Part shown: piece after piece, positions 19,388-29,212 of the stretch
Layout of the letters: every line of letters starts with the position of its first letter
Numbering within the stretch: position 1 is the stretch's first letter
Assembly (NCBI GenBank): GCA_015064625.1
Contig: SVRW01000003.1
Coordinates: forward strand, 19,996 to 83,995
Origin: Oscillospiraceae bacterium
GTDB taxonomy: Bacteria > Bacillota > Clostridia > Oscillospirales > CAG-382
DNA: 64,000 nucleotides
Direction: 5' to 3'
Made by a program: the position numbers and the translations under genes
Notes under the pieces: model-generated
Told to the model about the DNA's origin: nothing
The model's input: the letters and a program-made list of their open reading frames with translations, nothing else
Database searches by the model: none

Positions 19388-20647
19388 ATGTACGAAGAAC
19401 AAGATTTCGATAACGATACTCTGGATGAAAAACAGAAAAACAAAATCTATATAAAAATTATAGTTGCGCTTGCCGTGGTGGTTGTGCTTCTCGTTGTGGG
19501 AATGTTATTCTATATGCTTTATTCAAAGAATGACGGTGACAAGGAACAAAGCGAAGAATCAAAACAGAGTATTGAGAATTCCGCTTTGATTTCTGCGGAC
19601 GTTTCCGAAGAATCTTTGGATGAAAGTATGGATATAACGGAAGAACCTTCAATCCCTTCTGAAGAATCTCTTGATTCTTCTGAGGTGGTTTCGGAAGAAT
19701 CTTCGGAAGAAATATCCGAAGAACCTGACCATGGTTGGGTAATAAATCCTATGGGCTACACTTATCTGTATTACGGTGCAGGCTTTAATCAGTTCAATGG
19801 AACGAAAGCAACGGCAACGAAATACGCTGATGCTATGAATACCTTCATTTCCTCTGTAAGCTTCCCTGTGTATTCAATTATAGCTCCCACAGCTGTCGAA
19901 TTTGTTGATATTCCTTTTGATATAAAGCAGTCGGATGATTTCTATAATTCCTCACAGAAAAACTTTATTTCATACGTTCAAGCAGGAACTACAGCAACAA
20001 GTATTGATGCTTATAAATCTATCGCTGAAAACGTTAAAGATCAGAAGCTTTATTTCAAGACTGATAAAAACTGGACAGCGGATGCGGCTTATCTTGCATA
20101 CGTTGCATTTTGTGAGCAAACGGGCAATATTGCCGTTTCTAAAGAGGCTTATGAAATGGGAAGTTATACGGGTTATTTGGGTAATTTCTATAATGCAACC
20201 AATTCTGCTAAATTAAAGGAAAATGCCGACGTTGTGAACTATTATAAAATAGACGACGTGTATCCATGTTCTGTAACTATGTATATAGGTAAGTTGGCAT
20301 ACAAGGATAGAGCTTTGATATATACCCAGCTTTCAAACCCCACGTCCTATGCTAATTACGCTTTTCTTGGTGACAGGGGAGGAAGCTTCACCATAACCTC
20401 CGAAAATTCCGCATCGGAAAAATCCTTGCTTGTAATAGGGGATTCGTCAGCATTTGCATTCGTGCCATATCTTGTGGCAAATTACAGAAATATATATTTC
20501 GTTAATGCAGAAGCTTTTGACGGAAAAATGTCTGAATATCTTGCGGAAAAAACTGTTGATGAAGCGGTGTTCCTTTCATATGCATACAGTGCATCAAATC
20601 AGCAGTATCTTACCAGATTGAACAATATGTTCGCGTCAGCTGAGTAA
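19388..20647 (+). CDS. membrane-anchored DHHW-family (AlgX/AlgJ-like) protein with a degenerate motif
   Basis: N-terminal TM, Ser/Glu linker, LYFKTDKNWT (family YxRTDHHWT), LVIGDS. Confidence 0.7.
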   Translation: MYEEQDFDNDTLDEKQKNKIYIKIIVALAVVVVLLVVGMLFYMLYSKNDGDKEQSEESKQSIENSALISADVSEESLDESMDITEEPSIPSEESLDSSEVVSEESSEEISEEPDHGWVINPMGYTYLYYGAGFNQFNGTKATATKYADAMNTFISSVSFPVYSIIAPTAVEFVDIPFDIKQSDDFYNSSQKNFISYVQAGTTATSIDAYKSIAENVKDQKLYFKTDKNWTADAAYLAYVAFCEQTGNIAVSKEAYEMGSYTGYLGNFYNATNSAKLKENADVVNYYKIDDVYPCSVTMYIGKLAYKDRALIYTQLSNPTSYANYAFLGDRGGSFTITSENSASEKSLLVIGDSSAFAFVPYLVANYRNIYFVNAEAFDGKMSEYLAEKTVDEAVFLSYAYSASNQQYLTRLNNMFASAE

Positions 20648-20648
20648 A

Positions 20649-21248
20649 TCAATCAAGATACGCAAATGGTATATCCCCGATTATAACCGTTTCCGCAATA
20701 CAAACGTTTGTTTGAACGTTTATGTTGGATTCGGAAAATGGGGAAGCCAACTTAACGCTTATGCGTACGTCGAGGTAAAGGCTGTGAAGTGTTTGGTTGA
20801 TGCCCACAGAGGTGAATTTTTGTATCAGCTCAGATGCAACAGCACCAAGAGGGATTACTTCAATATTTACCTTTGGACCTTTAGCTGAGAATAAACGGCT
20901 TCCCAGAAGCGTTCCGAGAGGGACGGAGAATTCCTCTTTGCTGTTATCTTTAAGTGTACGGATGATTGACGAAACGGTTTCGCCTTTAATTTTGTTGACT
21001 CTTTCAGGGTCAACGGTAATAGCCGTAATTTTTCCTGCGGAATCGTAGTGTATCTTGCATATGCTGTTGTATTCCGCAGATTCTTTTTGTGTGGTTTCAA
21101 GTATGCATTGATTGACAAGCTCAAAAATTCGGTTCTCTCCAAACGTCTGTGCAAAATCCGAAAGCGTTTTGTCAAGCCTTGAAAAAATAGCGTAGATAAT
21201 AATACAAAGGATAAGAATAAACGAAAATAAAAAGGTTTTCCATTTCAT
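20649..21248 (-). CDS. yunB: sporulation protein YunB
   Basis: VPLGTLLG, GPK, FTSVGINQTLH and ETVIIGDIP. Confidence 0.9.
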   Translation of the reverse strand: MKWKTFLFSFILILCIIIYAIFSRLDKTLSDFAQTFGENRIFELVNQCILETTQKESAEYNSICKIHYDSAGKITAITVDPERVNKIKGETVSSIIRTLKDNSKEEFSVPLGTLLGSRLFSAKGPKVNIEVIPLGAVASELIQKFTSVGINQTLHSLYLDVRISVKLASPFSESNINVQTNVCIAETVIIGDIPFAYLD

Positions 21249-21340
21249 AAAGTATGGTTGCTCCTTGAGGTTCTTATCAAATATATATTACTTCTTACTT
21301 GAGTAAATGAACCGACTGTATAAAAATAACCTGAAAAAAG

Positions 21341-21616
21341 GTGGCAAAAATGGTTTTAAGAAAAGAAATTATAGTAACCTCCCTTGATGGTGGATTTGTA
21401 GCTGTTGCCGCAGAGGAAGCGAGCGAATATTTCCATGGAATGATAAAGCTCAACGAAACGGGAGCATTTATAACCGAATGCTTCAAAACACCTTCAAGTT
21501 TTGAGGAAGTAGCAAAGCTTGTCTGTGAAAAATACAATGTCGAATATGAAAAAGCCTATAATGACGTTAAGAAAATTGCAGATGCATATATCGGTGCAGG
21601 ACTTCTTTTGGAATGA
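21341..21616 (+). CDS. PqqD-family protein / RiPP recognition element (start may be ATG 21350)
   Basis: ~90 aa; GMIKLNETGAFI and EKYNVEYEKAYNDV pattern. Confidence 0.85.
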   Translation: MAKMVLRKEIIVTSLDGGFVAVAAEEASEYFHGMIKLNETGAFITECFKTPSSFEEVAKLVCEKYNVEYEKAYNDVKKIADAYIGAGLLLE

Positions 21617-22047
21617 ATATGATGAAAATCGAAGAAGCTTTGTCTGAACAAGGAAAATGCGTTTTCCCCGTTAAGGGAACGAGTATGCTTCCGTTGCTCA
21701 GACAGGAAAGAGATACGGTGGTAGTCGTTCCTCTATGTGAAATGGCTGAAAAATACGATGTGGTCCTTTTCAGAATGAAGGAAAATTACATTTTACATAG
21801 AGTGATAAAAATAAAAAAAGACCGCTATATAATATGCGGTGATAATTGTATAAGCAAGGAAGTAGTTCCCTTTGGCAGTGTTATAGGTGTTGCTGTTGGT
21901 TTTAATATAAACGGGAATTACGTTTCCGTTGATGATGAAGAATACGTAAAATATTCAAAAAAACAAGTTCGCGGAAGATGGAAGCGTATTTTGAAGGGTA
22001 AAGCTGTATATGTTGCAAAAAGACTATTCAAAAGAAGCCACAAATGA
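21613..22047 (+). CDS. S24/S26-family peptidase (Ser-His type, no TM anchor)
   Basis: GTSMLP, DVVLF, LHRV and GDN. Confidence 0.82.
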   Translation: MNMMKIEEALSEQGKCVFPVKGTSMLPLLRQERDTVVVVPLCEMAEKYDVVLFRMKENYILHRVIKIKKDRYIICGDNCISKEVVPFGSVIGVAVGFNINGNYVSVDDEEYVKYSKKQVRGRWKRILKGKAVYVAKRLFKRSHK

Positions 22048-23158
22048 ATACAAAAAGTTGCTTTTTGCTCTTGCGGTCTCTTACAGAGATTGCGTTATGG
22101 GAAAACAGCCTTCTCAATTACCCGAAAATACGGATTTTGAAAAGCTTCTTGCTCTTGCAGAAAGTCAAGCGGTTATAGGCGGGATTTATCCTGCGGTAAA
22201 ATGCAGTAATTGTCCGCCCCATATTTTGAAGAAATGGACGGATAAGGCTTATCTTGCCCTCAGCAAAGAGATTCTTTTTGATAATGAGCTTTCAAAGGTC
22301 AGAAAAGAATTTGAAAATGCAAAAATACGTTTTGTTCCAATGAAAGGCATTGTTATAAAAAACTTTTATTCGGGTAAAGGGATAAGACAGTTTTGTGACT
22401 ATGACGTTCTCGTTGATGAAAGCAGAGCGGATGAAGCAAAGATTTTAATGTGCTCTTTGGGGTATGACGTTGATAAAATGGATGTGAAAGAAAAAGAAGT
22501 CCATCAATTCGATAGCGTTATAAATTGTAAAAAAGCTCCCATGTTCAATTTTGAATTACATAAAAAGCTTTTCGGCTTTGAGAGTCATCCTTATTTTGAC
22601 AGTATATGGGACAGAATAATTTTCGATTCCGAAGAAAGCGTGGAGGGGCGAATGAGCGACGAGGATTTGTATTTGTTTCACGTTGCCCATTTCTTTGCCC
22701 ATTTTAAAGAGAGAAACGGGGCAGGAATCCGCTACCTTGCAGACCATTACGTTCTGAAACAAAAATTGACGTCTTCTTGTGGTTTTGACAGAGTTTATGT
22801 TGAAAACGTTTTAAAGCAGGAAAAAATGCTGGATTTTGAAAAATATGCAGATGAATGTGTGGAAGCTCTTTTCTTGAAAGAAAAACCCGATTTGGAAAAG
22901 CTGAAGCCCTTTCTTGAAAACGGAGTCCATGGAACTTTGGAAAATAATATGAAGCTTGGGGTTGAAAAATCGGGAAAATTCAGATTTATATTGAAGCTTG
23001 CTTTTCCGTCACTTCCTATTATGCAGTTAAGCTATGAGATATTGAGAAAATACCCATTCCTTTTACCATTTTGTTATATCCACAGAGTCTTTGCGATAGC
23101 CTTCAATAAAAAAAGAAGGAATATTGCAAAAAGAGATTTTGGGATGATATTGAAATAA
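22010..23158 (+). CDS. nucleotidyltransferase family protein (NTP_transf_5-like)
   Basis: PMKG, RxxxDYDVLV (DxD), ELH and GIRYLAD. Confidence 0.82.
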   Translation: MLQKDYSKEATNEYKKLLFALAVSYRDCVMGKQPSQLPENTDFEKLLALAESQAVIGGIYPAVKCSNCPPHILKKWTDKAYLALSKEILFDNELSKVRKEFENAKIRFVPMKGIVIKNFYSGKGIRQFCDYDVLVDESRADEAKILMCSLGYDVDKMDVKEKEVHQFDSVINCKKAPMFNFELHKKLFGFESHPYFDSIWDRIIFDSEESVEGRMSDEDLYLFHVAHFFAHFKERNGAGIRYLADHYVLKQKLTSSCGFDRVYVENVLKQEKMLDFEKYADECVEALFLKEKPDLEKLKPFLENGVHGTLENNMKLGVEKSGKFRFILKLAFPSLPIMQLSYEILRKYPFLLPFCYIHRVFAIAFNKKRRNIAKRDFGMILK

Positions 23159-23171
23159 TAGACTAACGCCA

Positions 23172-23305
23172 AGGCAATAGGAATCAGGCAATTGGCGTGA
23201 GGGAAGGACGGAACACGGAGATTGGGGTGAAGACCTGATTCTCTGTCCTGCGCAGCAGGATTGAGAACCATCCCTTGTGCCACGCTCCCGATGGTCGAAA
23301 AAATT
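23172..23305. repeat. REP-like palindromic element with upstream AGGCA-type heptamers (copy 1)
   Basis: core GAAGACCTGATTCTCTGTCCTGCGCAGCAGGATT nearly identical to 46656-46689. Confidence 0.8.
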
Positions 23306-23339
23306 TGTTTTATTTTAATACGGTGAGTCGGAGGAGTGT

Positions 23340-23762
23340 ATGAAAAATGGTATAACCCGAAAAAGACTTGTTTACGGAATTATAGCACTTGTTATATTTT
23401 TATCAGAGGTTTATATTGCATTGTTTGTTTCTGATAATTTTATTCGCCCATATTTTGGTGACGTTCTTGTAACGGCTCTTATTTGCTGTTTCATCAGAAT
23501 TTTTTTACCTGTATCTGAAAATTATTCCGTGAAAAGAAAATCTGTTTATCTTTTACCCGTTTTTGTTTTCATATTTTCTGTTTGTGTCGAAATAGGTCAG
23601 TATTTCCACTACGTTGATTTGATGGGGCTTGGACATATTCAGTTTTTCAGAGTTGTTATGGGTATGGGATTCGCCTTTGAGGACATTTTGTGCTACCTTG
23701 CTGGATGCATTGCGTTCTTTCTCATAGAATGTGCAATCAGGACGAGAAAAAATAAAAATTAG
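23340..23762 (+). CDS. DUF2809-like membrane protein
   Basis: FIRPYFGDVL, VEIGQY and F..EDILCY. Confidence 0.75.
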   Translation: MKNGITRKRLVYGIIALVIFLSEVYIALFVSDNFIRPYFGDVLVTALICCFIRIFLPVSENYSVKRKSVYLLPVFVFIFSVCVEIGQYFHYVDLMGLGHIQFFRVVMGMGFAFEDILCYLAGCIAFFLIECAIRTRKNKN

Positions 23763-23932
23763 AAATATAACTTTACGCTTATTGAGGATAATATTAAAAG
23801 TTCGATTTTGGGTTTTCACCTTGAATTGAACTTTTTTATTTATAAAACAAACGGCAGCATAACTCTTACGATATGCTGTCGTTTGTTGCATTTTATAGAA
23901 ATCTAAAACTATATATTTATTCCTTATTCTTA

Positions 23933-24700
23933 CTACGTTCTGTGAAAATTCATTTTTTTAAGCTCGTCTTTTAATTTGACCATTATCTTTTTTTCAAGTC
24001 TTGATATGTATGATTGAGAAATGCCTAACATATCTGCAACTTCTTTTTGCGTTTTCTCTTTTCCGTTTGTGGTAATTCCGAATCGTAGCTCTATGATAAC
24101 TCTTTCACGGTCTTCCAATCTTGAAAGGGCAGCTCGTATGAGTCTTACGTCCTCTGCTTTTTCAATGTCTTTGTTGACGTAGTCGCTGTCTGTGCCTAAA
24201 AGGTCGGAGAGCAGAAGCTCGTTTCCGTCCCAATCAACGTTTAAAGGCTCATCGATGGAAACTTCGTTTTTCAGCCCTGCGTTTTTGCGTATGAACATCA
24301 GTATTTCGTTTTCTATACATCTTGAAGCATAAGTTGCAAGCTTGATTTCTTTTTCAGACTTGAAGGAATTTACAGCTTTCATAAGCCCTATTGTACCAAT
24401 GGAAATCAGATCTTCGATACCGACACCTGTGTTTTCAAACTTTTTGGCAATGTAGATAACAAGTCTGAGATTTCGTTCAATAAGGGCGTTTTTTGCAGAT
24501 GCGTCAGTATTCATCCTTGAAATAAGCTCTGCTTCTTCTTCTTTTGTAAGAGGGGGTGGGAGAGTATCTGGTCCGTTTATGTAAAAGCATTGATTTTCAT
24601 TCTTGAATAATGTCATAGTCAGTTTGCAAACGATTTTTGCGAATACTTTTCTTAAATCTTCGTAAGCGGACGGAAGAATTGTAGAATAAAGATTTTTCAT
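23933..24700 (-). CDS. sigE: sporulation sigma factor pro-sigmaE
   Basis: [29 protein letters not shown] and [11 protein letters not shown]; downstream of spoIIGA. Confidence 0.95.
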   Translation of the reverse strand: MKNLYSTILPSAYEDLRKVFAKIVCKLTMTLFKNENQCFYINGPDTLPPPLTKEEEAELISRMNTDASAKNALIERNLRLVIYIAKKFENTGVGIEDLISIGTIGLMKAVNSFKSEKEIKLATYASRCIENEILMFIRKNAGLKNEVSIDEPLNVDWDGNELLLSDLLGTDSDYVNKDIEKAEDVRLIRAALSRLEDRERVIIELRFGITTNGKEKTQKEVADMLGISQSYISRLEKKIMVKLKDELKKMNFHRT

Positions 24701-24721
24701 TATCTGTTCCTTTCTTTGAAT

Positions 24722-25567
24722 TTAATTTATGTAACATGAGGGCAAAAGCCCAAAAGAGCCACCAAAGCTTCCTGAGGAAAAATCTATACCAATAAGGGCG
24801 GAAACGGTCTTTTTTTCGGACGTTCCGAAAAGCTTTATAACCGTATTGTCTGGGCGGAAAACGGGTAAAAGCCCTTTTTCCCAAGGAACGAGTCTTATGC
24901 CGGTGGGAAAGCTTTCGGATAAAACGTCAAGAGCCTTTAAGGCTTCCATCTGCTCCTCTTTGAATACGTCTGAAAGCTCTGTGTGCTTTATCAGTATAAT
25001 TCCGTCACCGCTTATAGGATCAGAAAGCAAATTTCCTGTGTCAATAAACGCATCAACCCGCTTTTTCGTGCTTTTGTAATCAAGTGACACGGATGCGGTT
25101 TTGTAAGCTATACGCTTTCCCGTTTTTACAAAAAATGGAATTGAAAATGCGGCTGTAAATAAAACGAAGGATAAAAGAGAAAGGGGAGAAACGTCTGCAT
25201 AAATGCTTCCGCTTTCAAATACGTATTTTCCCAAATAGGAAAAAATAACAGATACAATTCCTCCTGCAAACGCGCTTACCCCCAAAAATAACAGTTCAGC
25301 TTTTAAAATTGTCTTTATATCTGACGAGGGCGTGGATATAAGGCACATAATAAAAAGAGCAAAAATGTGAACGATTGTCTGTATCAAAAAAGGTGTGTTA
25401 ACAAGATACAGAGCAAAAACGGAATATACCCCTCCTGCCACAGATGATAGGATTATTGGAAAAACACGCCTTTTTAATCTGCATATATAAAGTGATGCAC
25501 ACATACATATAAAATCAATAGCGAAATTCAGAACGAACAAAACGTCTGCGTATATGGTGTATGTCAA
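24722..25567 (-). CDS. spoIIGA: pro-sigmaE processing aspartic peptidase
   Basis: IYADVLFVLNF, five TMs, DTGNLL.DP; adjacent to sigE. Confidence 0.92.
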   Translation of the reverse strand: MTYTIYADVLFVLNFAIDFICMCASLYICRLKRRVFPIILSSVAGGVYSVFALYLVNTPFLIQTIVHIFALFIMCLISTPSSDIKTILKAELLFLGVSAFAGGIVSVIFSYLGKYVFESGSIYADVSPLSLLSFVLFTAAFSIPFFVKTGKRIAYKTASVSLDYKSTKKRVDAFIDTGNLLSDPISGDGIILIKHTELSDVFKEEQMEALKALDVLSESFPTGIRLVPWEKGLLPVFRPDNTVIKLFGTSEKKTVSALIGIDFSSGSFGGSFGLLPSCYIN

Positions 25568-25685
25568 TGAATATTCCTCCTTTCTTACTTGTTTGCATCG
25601 TTTGTATTTTACTCCATGCGTTAAGAATTTTTTGTCAAAGAGGGGAATATATAAATAATAATCTTTGAAAGATAAAGGGGCGGTT

Positions 25686-25910
25686 ATGTTGAATAAAAGA
25701 ACAGAAAAAGGACAAAAAGGGAAAAACGCCTTTTTTTATTTGATTTTGGTTTTTATGCTCGTTCTTTCCTTGAAAATTCATTGTGAACGGAAAAATGCAT
25801 CTGTTTCTGCAGGAAATTTCGGGGGAGAATATAAAACGCAGAACGTATCTTTTTCAGACCTTTTGAAAAATACATCATTTGGAGGGAAAAGTGTCAAAAA
25901 AGGGGAGTAA
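25686..25910 (+). CDS. small single-TM hypothetical protein upstream of the M50 peptidase
   Basis: ATG after a G-rich RBS; one hydrophobic segment; overlaps the next gene. Confidence 0.5.
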   Translation: MLNKRTEKGQKGKNAFFYLILVFMLVLSLKIHCERKNASVSAGNFGGEYKTQNVSFSDLLKNTSFGGKSVKKGE

Positions 25911-26472
25911 TTCTCGCTTGAAAATAAAAATAAACCCTGCGGGGATTATTTCACTTTTAATACTTTATCTTCTCAACGGTGGAAGAACCTTTGCTTTTAT
26001 AACAGTTTCCGCTTTAGTTCACGAGCTTGGGCATCTTTTTGCTATGAAGCTTTCCAGAAGTAAGGTAAGTGATTTTACCGTAGGTTTTTTTAATCTCAAT
26101 ATAAAATACAACAAATACAAAACCTCCTATAAAACAGACATTTTCATTTCATCCGCAGGACCTCTTTTTAATTTGGTTTTTGGAATTTTTGCATTTTCCC
26201 ATGGCTATACGGAGCTTTTTTATGCAAATATTTCCCTTGCTGTTTTGAATCTATTACCCTTCGAAAGCCTTGACGGTGGAAATATTCTTCGCTCCATCAG
26301 ATGCATAATAAGAGGAAATGAGGAAAAACACTTTGATGCTAAAATGAGGCTCTACGGCAGAATTTTTGCTCCTTCGTTCGTTTTATTGCTTTCGCTTGCG
26401 AGCGGTTTTAATGTGTCCGTAGTTTTTACGGGTGTTTCTTCTCTCATATGCAAAAATATAAATGCGTCATAA
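25891..26472 (+). CDS. site-2 (M50) peptidase, SpoIVFB-like, no CBS domain
   Basis: HELGH, AGPLFN and NLLP..LDGG; GTG after GGAGG. Confidence 0.8.
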   Translation: MSKKGSNSRLKIKINPAGIISLLILYLLNGGRTFAFITVSALVHELGHLFAMKLSRSKVSDFTVGFFNLNIKYNKYKTSYKTDIFISSAGPLFNLVFGIFAFSHGYTELFYANISLAVLNLLPFESLDGGNILRSIRCIIRGNEEKHFDAKMRLYGRIFAPSFVLLLSLASGFNVSVVFTGVSSLICKNINAS

Positions 26473-26545
26473 TAAAATCCATTGACAAACATATAAAAGT
26501 GTGATATCATAAAATTGCTTTAGTAAGATAAAAAGGAAGTGCAAA

Positions 26546-27412
26546 GTGAAGACCAAAATAGCTCGGTATGTGAAAAATTATATGTATATTATAATAGGCT
26601 GTGCTTGCTATGCCGCAGGGGTCAGCTTGTTTCTTGAACCGAATAATTTAACTCCGGGCGGGCTTTCGGGTATCGCTATTATTATCAGTCATTTCATCCC
26701 CGAATTAACCGTTGGTATTACGGTCTTTGCTATGAATATCCCTTTGCTTATATCAGCTTTTATATTTATAGGTAAGGATTTTTTAATTTCAACTTTGGTG
26801 GCAACTGCAGTTTCTTCCGCTTTTATCGATATTCTCGCTCCGTTTGCTCCTGATTTGGAGGATAAGCTTCTTTGCGCCGTATTTGGTGGATTCTTTATGG
26901 CGTTTGGGCTTGCTTTTGTTTTTAAGGGAAACGCAACAACGGGAGGCACGGATATTATAGTAAAGCTTCTCCGTAAAAAGTTTCGTCATATCAAAACGGG
27001 AACTATAATGTGGGTAACAGATGCGGTTGTTATTCTTGTGACAGCGGCTGTGTTCAAGGATTATAAGGTAGCTCTTTACGCTACAATAACCATTTTTGTT
27101 CAGACTCTCGTTATGAACTACGTTTTATATGGACCTGACGAAGCGGCTTTGGTTTATATAATAAATTATGACCATGAAAAGATGGTTTCCCTCTTTATGA
27201 ATAAAATGGAAATAGGAGCAACCATTATTGACGGTACGGGTGCATATACGGGCGATAAAAAGAAAATAACCCTTTGTGCTGTAAAGAAACAACAGCTTCC
27301 GATGCTCAGACAAATCGTTGAAGAAAACGCTCCCGATGCATTTCTGATAGTTACAAGTGCAAATGCTGTTTTTGGCGAAGGATTTAAAGAAATAAATATG
27401 GAAGACCTTTAA
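26546..27412 (+). CDS. YitT/DUF161 family membrane protein
   Basis: GGLSG, NIPL, TGGTDI, GAYT and DAF..V.GEGF; promoter TTGACA-N17-TATCAT at 26482-26510. Confidence 0.9.
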   Translation: MKTKIARYVKNYMYIIIGCACYAAGVSLFLEPNNLTPGGLSGIAIIISHFIPELTVGITVFAMNIPLLISAFIFIGKDFLISTLVATAVSSAFIDILAPFAPDLEDKLLCAVFGGFFMAFGLAFVFKGNATTGGTDIIVKLLRKKFRHIKTGTIMWVTDAVVILVTAAVFKDYKVALYATITIFVQTLVMNYVLYGPDEAALVYIINYDHEKMVSLFMNKMEIGATIIDGTGAYTGDKKKITLCAVKKQQLPMLRQIVEENAPDAFLIVTSANAVFGEGFKEINMEDL

Positions 27413-27445
27413 TAAAGGCAGAATATAAACAGAGAGGTTAAAGTT

Positions 27446-29029
27446 ATGACAAAACGTATTATTTCGTTTTTGCTTATGGTTCTCATGCTCCTTTCATTCA
27501 CTGGATGTGTAGATGGAAACGAGTCGGGAAACGATGCCACTGCATCAAACGAATCAGGGGTATCTATTGATACGAATCAATACATCAATGAAGACGGAAC
27601 AATAACTGTTCCCGACCTTATAAATATGCCTCTTGAACAGGCAAGAGCAATTCTTAAACAGCTCGGACTCAAAAGTAAGTTCACAGAGGAATATGACAAA
27701 ACCGACAAATTCGAGGTTGGTTGCGTTATGAAAACAGACTATAAAGCAGGTGAAAAGGTTAAAAAGGGAACTCAGATATTTCTTACCATCCGTAAGGAAG
27801 GAACACCTATTGATCCTGACGAGCCTTATACAGATCCGCTTGTTGCCGCAAGAGAAGAGCTTAAGCAAGGCGCGAATAGTGACTATAAGCCCCTCAACTA
27901 TGAAACGATGAAGGCGATGTGGATTTCTCAGTTCGACCTTACGAACGTTTTCAGAGATGGATCTCTTCGTTCGGAAGAATCCTTCAGAAAAATATTCGCT
28001 TCTCTTTGTGAAAGACTTGTAACAGACGGATATAACACAGTGATAGTGCAGGTTCGTCCATATGGCGACAGCTTCTATCCTTCTGCATACTATCCTTGGT
28101 CTGAATACGTTATGGGGTCATACGGTCTTTATGCATCTTACGATCCTCTCAAAGTTATGATTGAAGAAGCACACAAGGTTGACCTTAGCTTTCAGGCATG
28201 GATAAACCCCATGAGAGCTTACAGTAAAGATAAAACCTTTGAGCTTATAAACGTTTCTTATAAGACACGCCAGTGGTATGATAATCCTGAAAAATATCCT
28301 AACTACATATACAAGCATAAAACCAATTATTATCTTAACGTTGCTTACGAAGAAGTTCGTCAGCTTATTATAGACGGTGCTACAGAGATAGTCCGATACT
28401 ATGACGTCGACGGTGTTCATATGGATGACTATTTCTATCCTTCGGGAATTCCCAATGATTTTGATGATGTTCTTTTTAAGGAATCGGGATGCTTCACAAG
28501 AGTGCAGTTCCGTAAAGAAAATATAAGTAAGCTTGTAAAAGGACTTTATTCTGCAATTAAAAAGGAAAATAAAAACGTTCTATTCGGTATATCTCCTGCT
28601 GGAAATATCAATAACGTAAGAACTTCATGCTGCCTTGATATCGATCTTATCCTTTCGAAAAAAGGTTACGTTGATTATATCATGCCTCAAATATATTGGG
28701 GATTCGAACATGATTCACAGCCATATAAGAAATGCTTACAGAATTGGCAGAATCTTGTTAAAGAACCAAGTATCAAATTTATGGTAGGTATCACCGCAAG
28801 TAATATTGAAAGTCCCACAGGCGAATTTATTGACAATAAGGATGTTTTCAAGAGATATCTGCTTCATGCTCAATCAACGGATAAATTTGATGGAATCTGT
28901 GTTTTCTCCATAGGCACTCTTTACGGAACGGTTACAGCGAACCCATCCACCAACGAAGGCATTGAAGAGGAGATGAAGAATTTTCTTCCCGCTCTTAAAA
29001 TTATACCAAATAAGAAAATTTCATACTGA
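27446..29029 (+). CDS. lipoprotein with PASTA domain + glycosyl-hydrolase-like 10 (DUF187/DigH-like) domain, paralogue 1
   Basis: lipobox FTGC; VPDLINM..A..L PASTA; QVRP, AWINP, DGVHMDDYFY and DYIMPQIY. Confidence 0.85.
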   Translation: MTKRIISFLLMVLMLLSFTGCVDGNESGNDATASNESGVSIDTNQYINEDGTITVPDLINMPLEQARAILKQLGLKSKFTEEYDKTDKFEVGCVMKTDYKAGEKVKKGTQIFLTIRKEGTPIDPDEPYTDPLVAAREELKQGANSDYKPLNYETMKAMWISQFDLTNVFRDGSLRSEESFRKIFASLCERLVTDGYNTVIVQVRPYGDSFYPSAYYPWSEYVMGSYGLYASYDPLKVMIEEAHKVDLSFQAWINPMRAYSKDKTFELINVSYKTRQWYDNPEKYPNYIYKHKTNYYLNVAYEEVRQLIIDGATEIVRYYDVDGVHMDDYFYPSGIPNDFDDVLFKESGCFTRVQFRKENISKLVKGLYSAIKKENKNVLFGISPAGNINNVRTSCCLDIDLILSKKGYVDYIMPQIYWGFEHDSQPYKKCLQNWQNLVKEPSIKFMVGITASNIESPTGEFIDNKDVFKRYLLHAQSTDKFDGICVFSIGTLYGTVTANPSTNEGIEEEMKNFLPALKIIPNKKISY

Positions 29030-29042
29030 ACGTAAATATTTC

Positions 29043-29071
29043 ACAACTCCAAAGCTTTCTGCATAATATAG
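29043..29071 (+). promoter_or_regulatory. putative mother-cell (sigmaK/sigmaE-like) promoter
   Basis: AC-containing -35 region and CATAATATA -10 upstream of the microprotein. Confidence 0.4.
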
Positions 29072-29125
29072 CATTAAGGTATCGGAAAACGGTACTTCCT
29101 ATGTTTTGTGGAAGGAGGATTGACT

Positions 29126-29212
29126 ATGGCTTGCTTCGATTCCTTTTTTGGCAATCAAAACTGCTGGATAATCATTCTTATTGCAATCATCATAGTATGC
29201 TGTTGCGGATAA
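29126..29212 (+). CDS. 28-aa Cys-rich hydrophobic microprotein MACFDSFFGNQNCWIIILIAIIIVCCCG (not in the ORF track)
   Basis: strong RBS AAGGAGG, ATG to TAA, one TM segment, downstream hairpin. Confidence 0.75.
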   Translation: MACFDSFFGNQNCWIIILIAIIIVCCCG

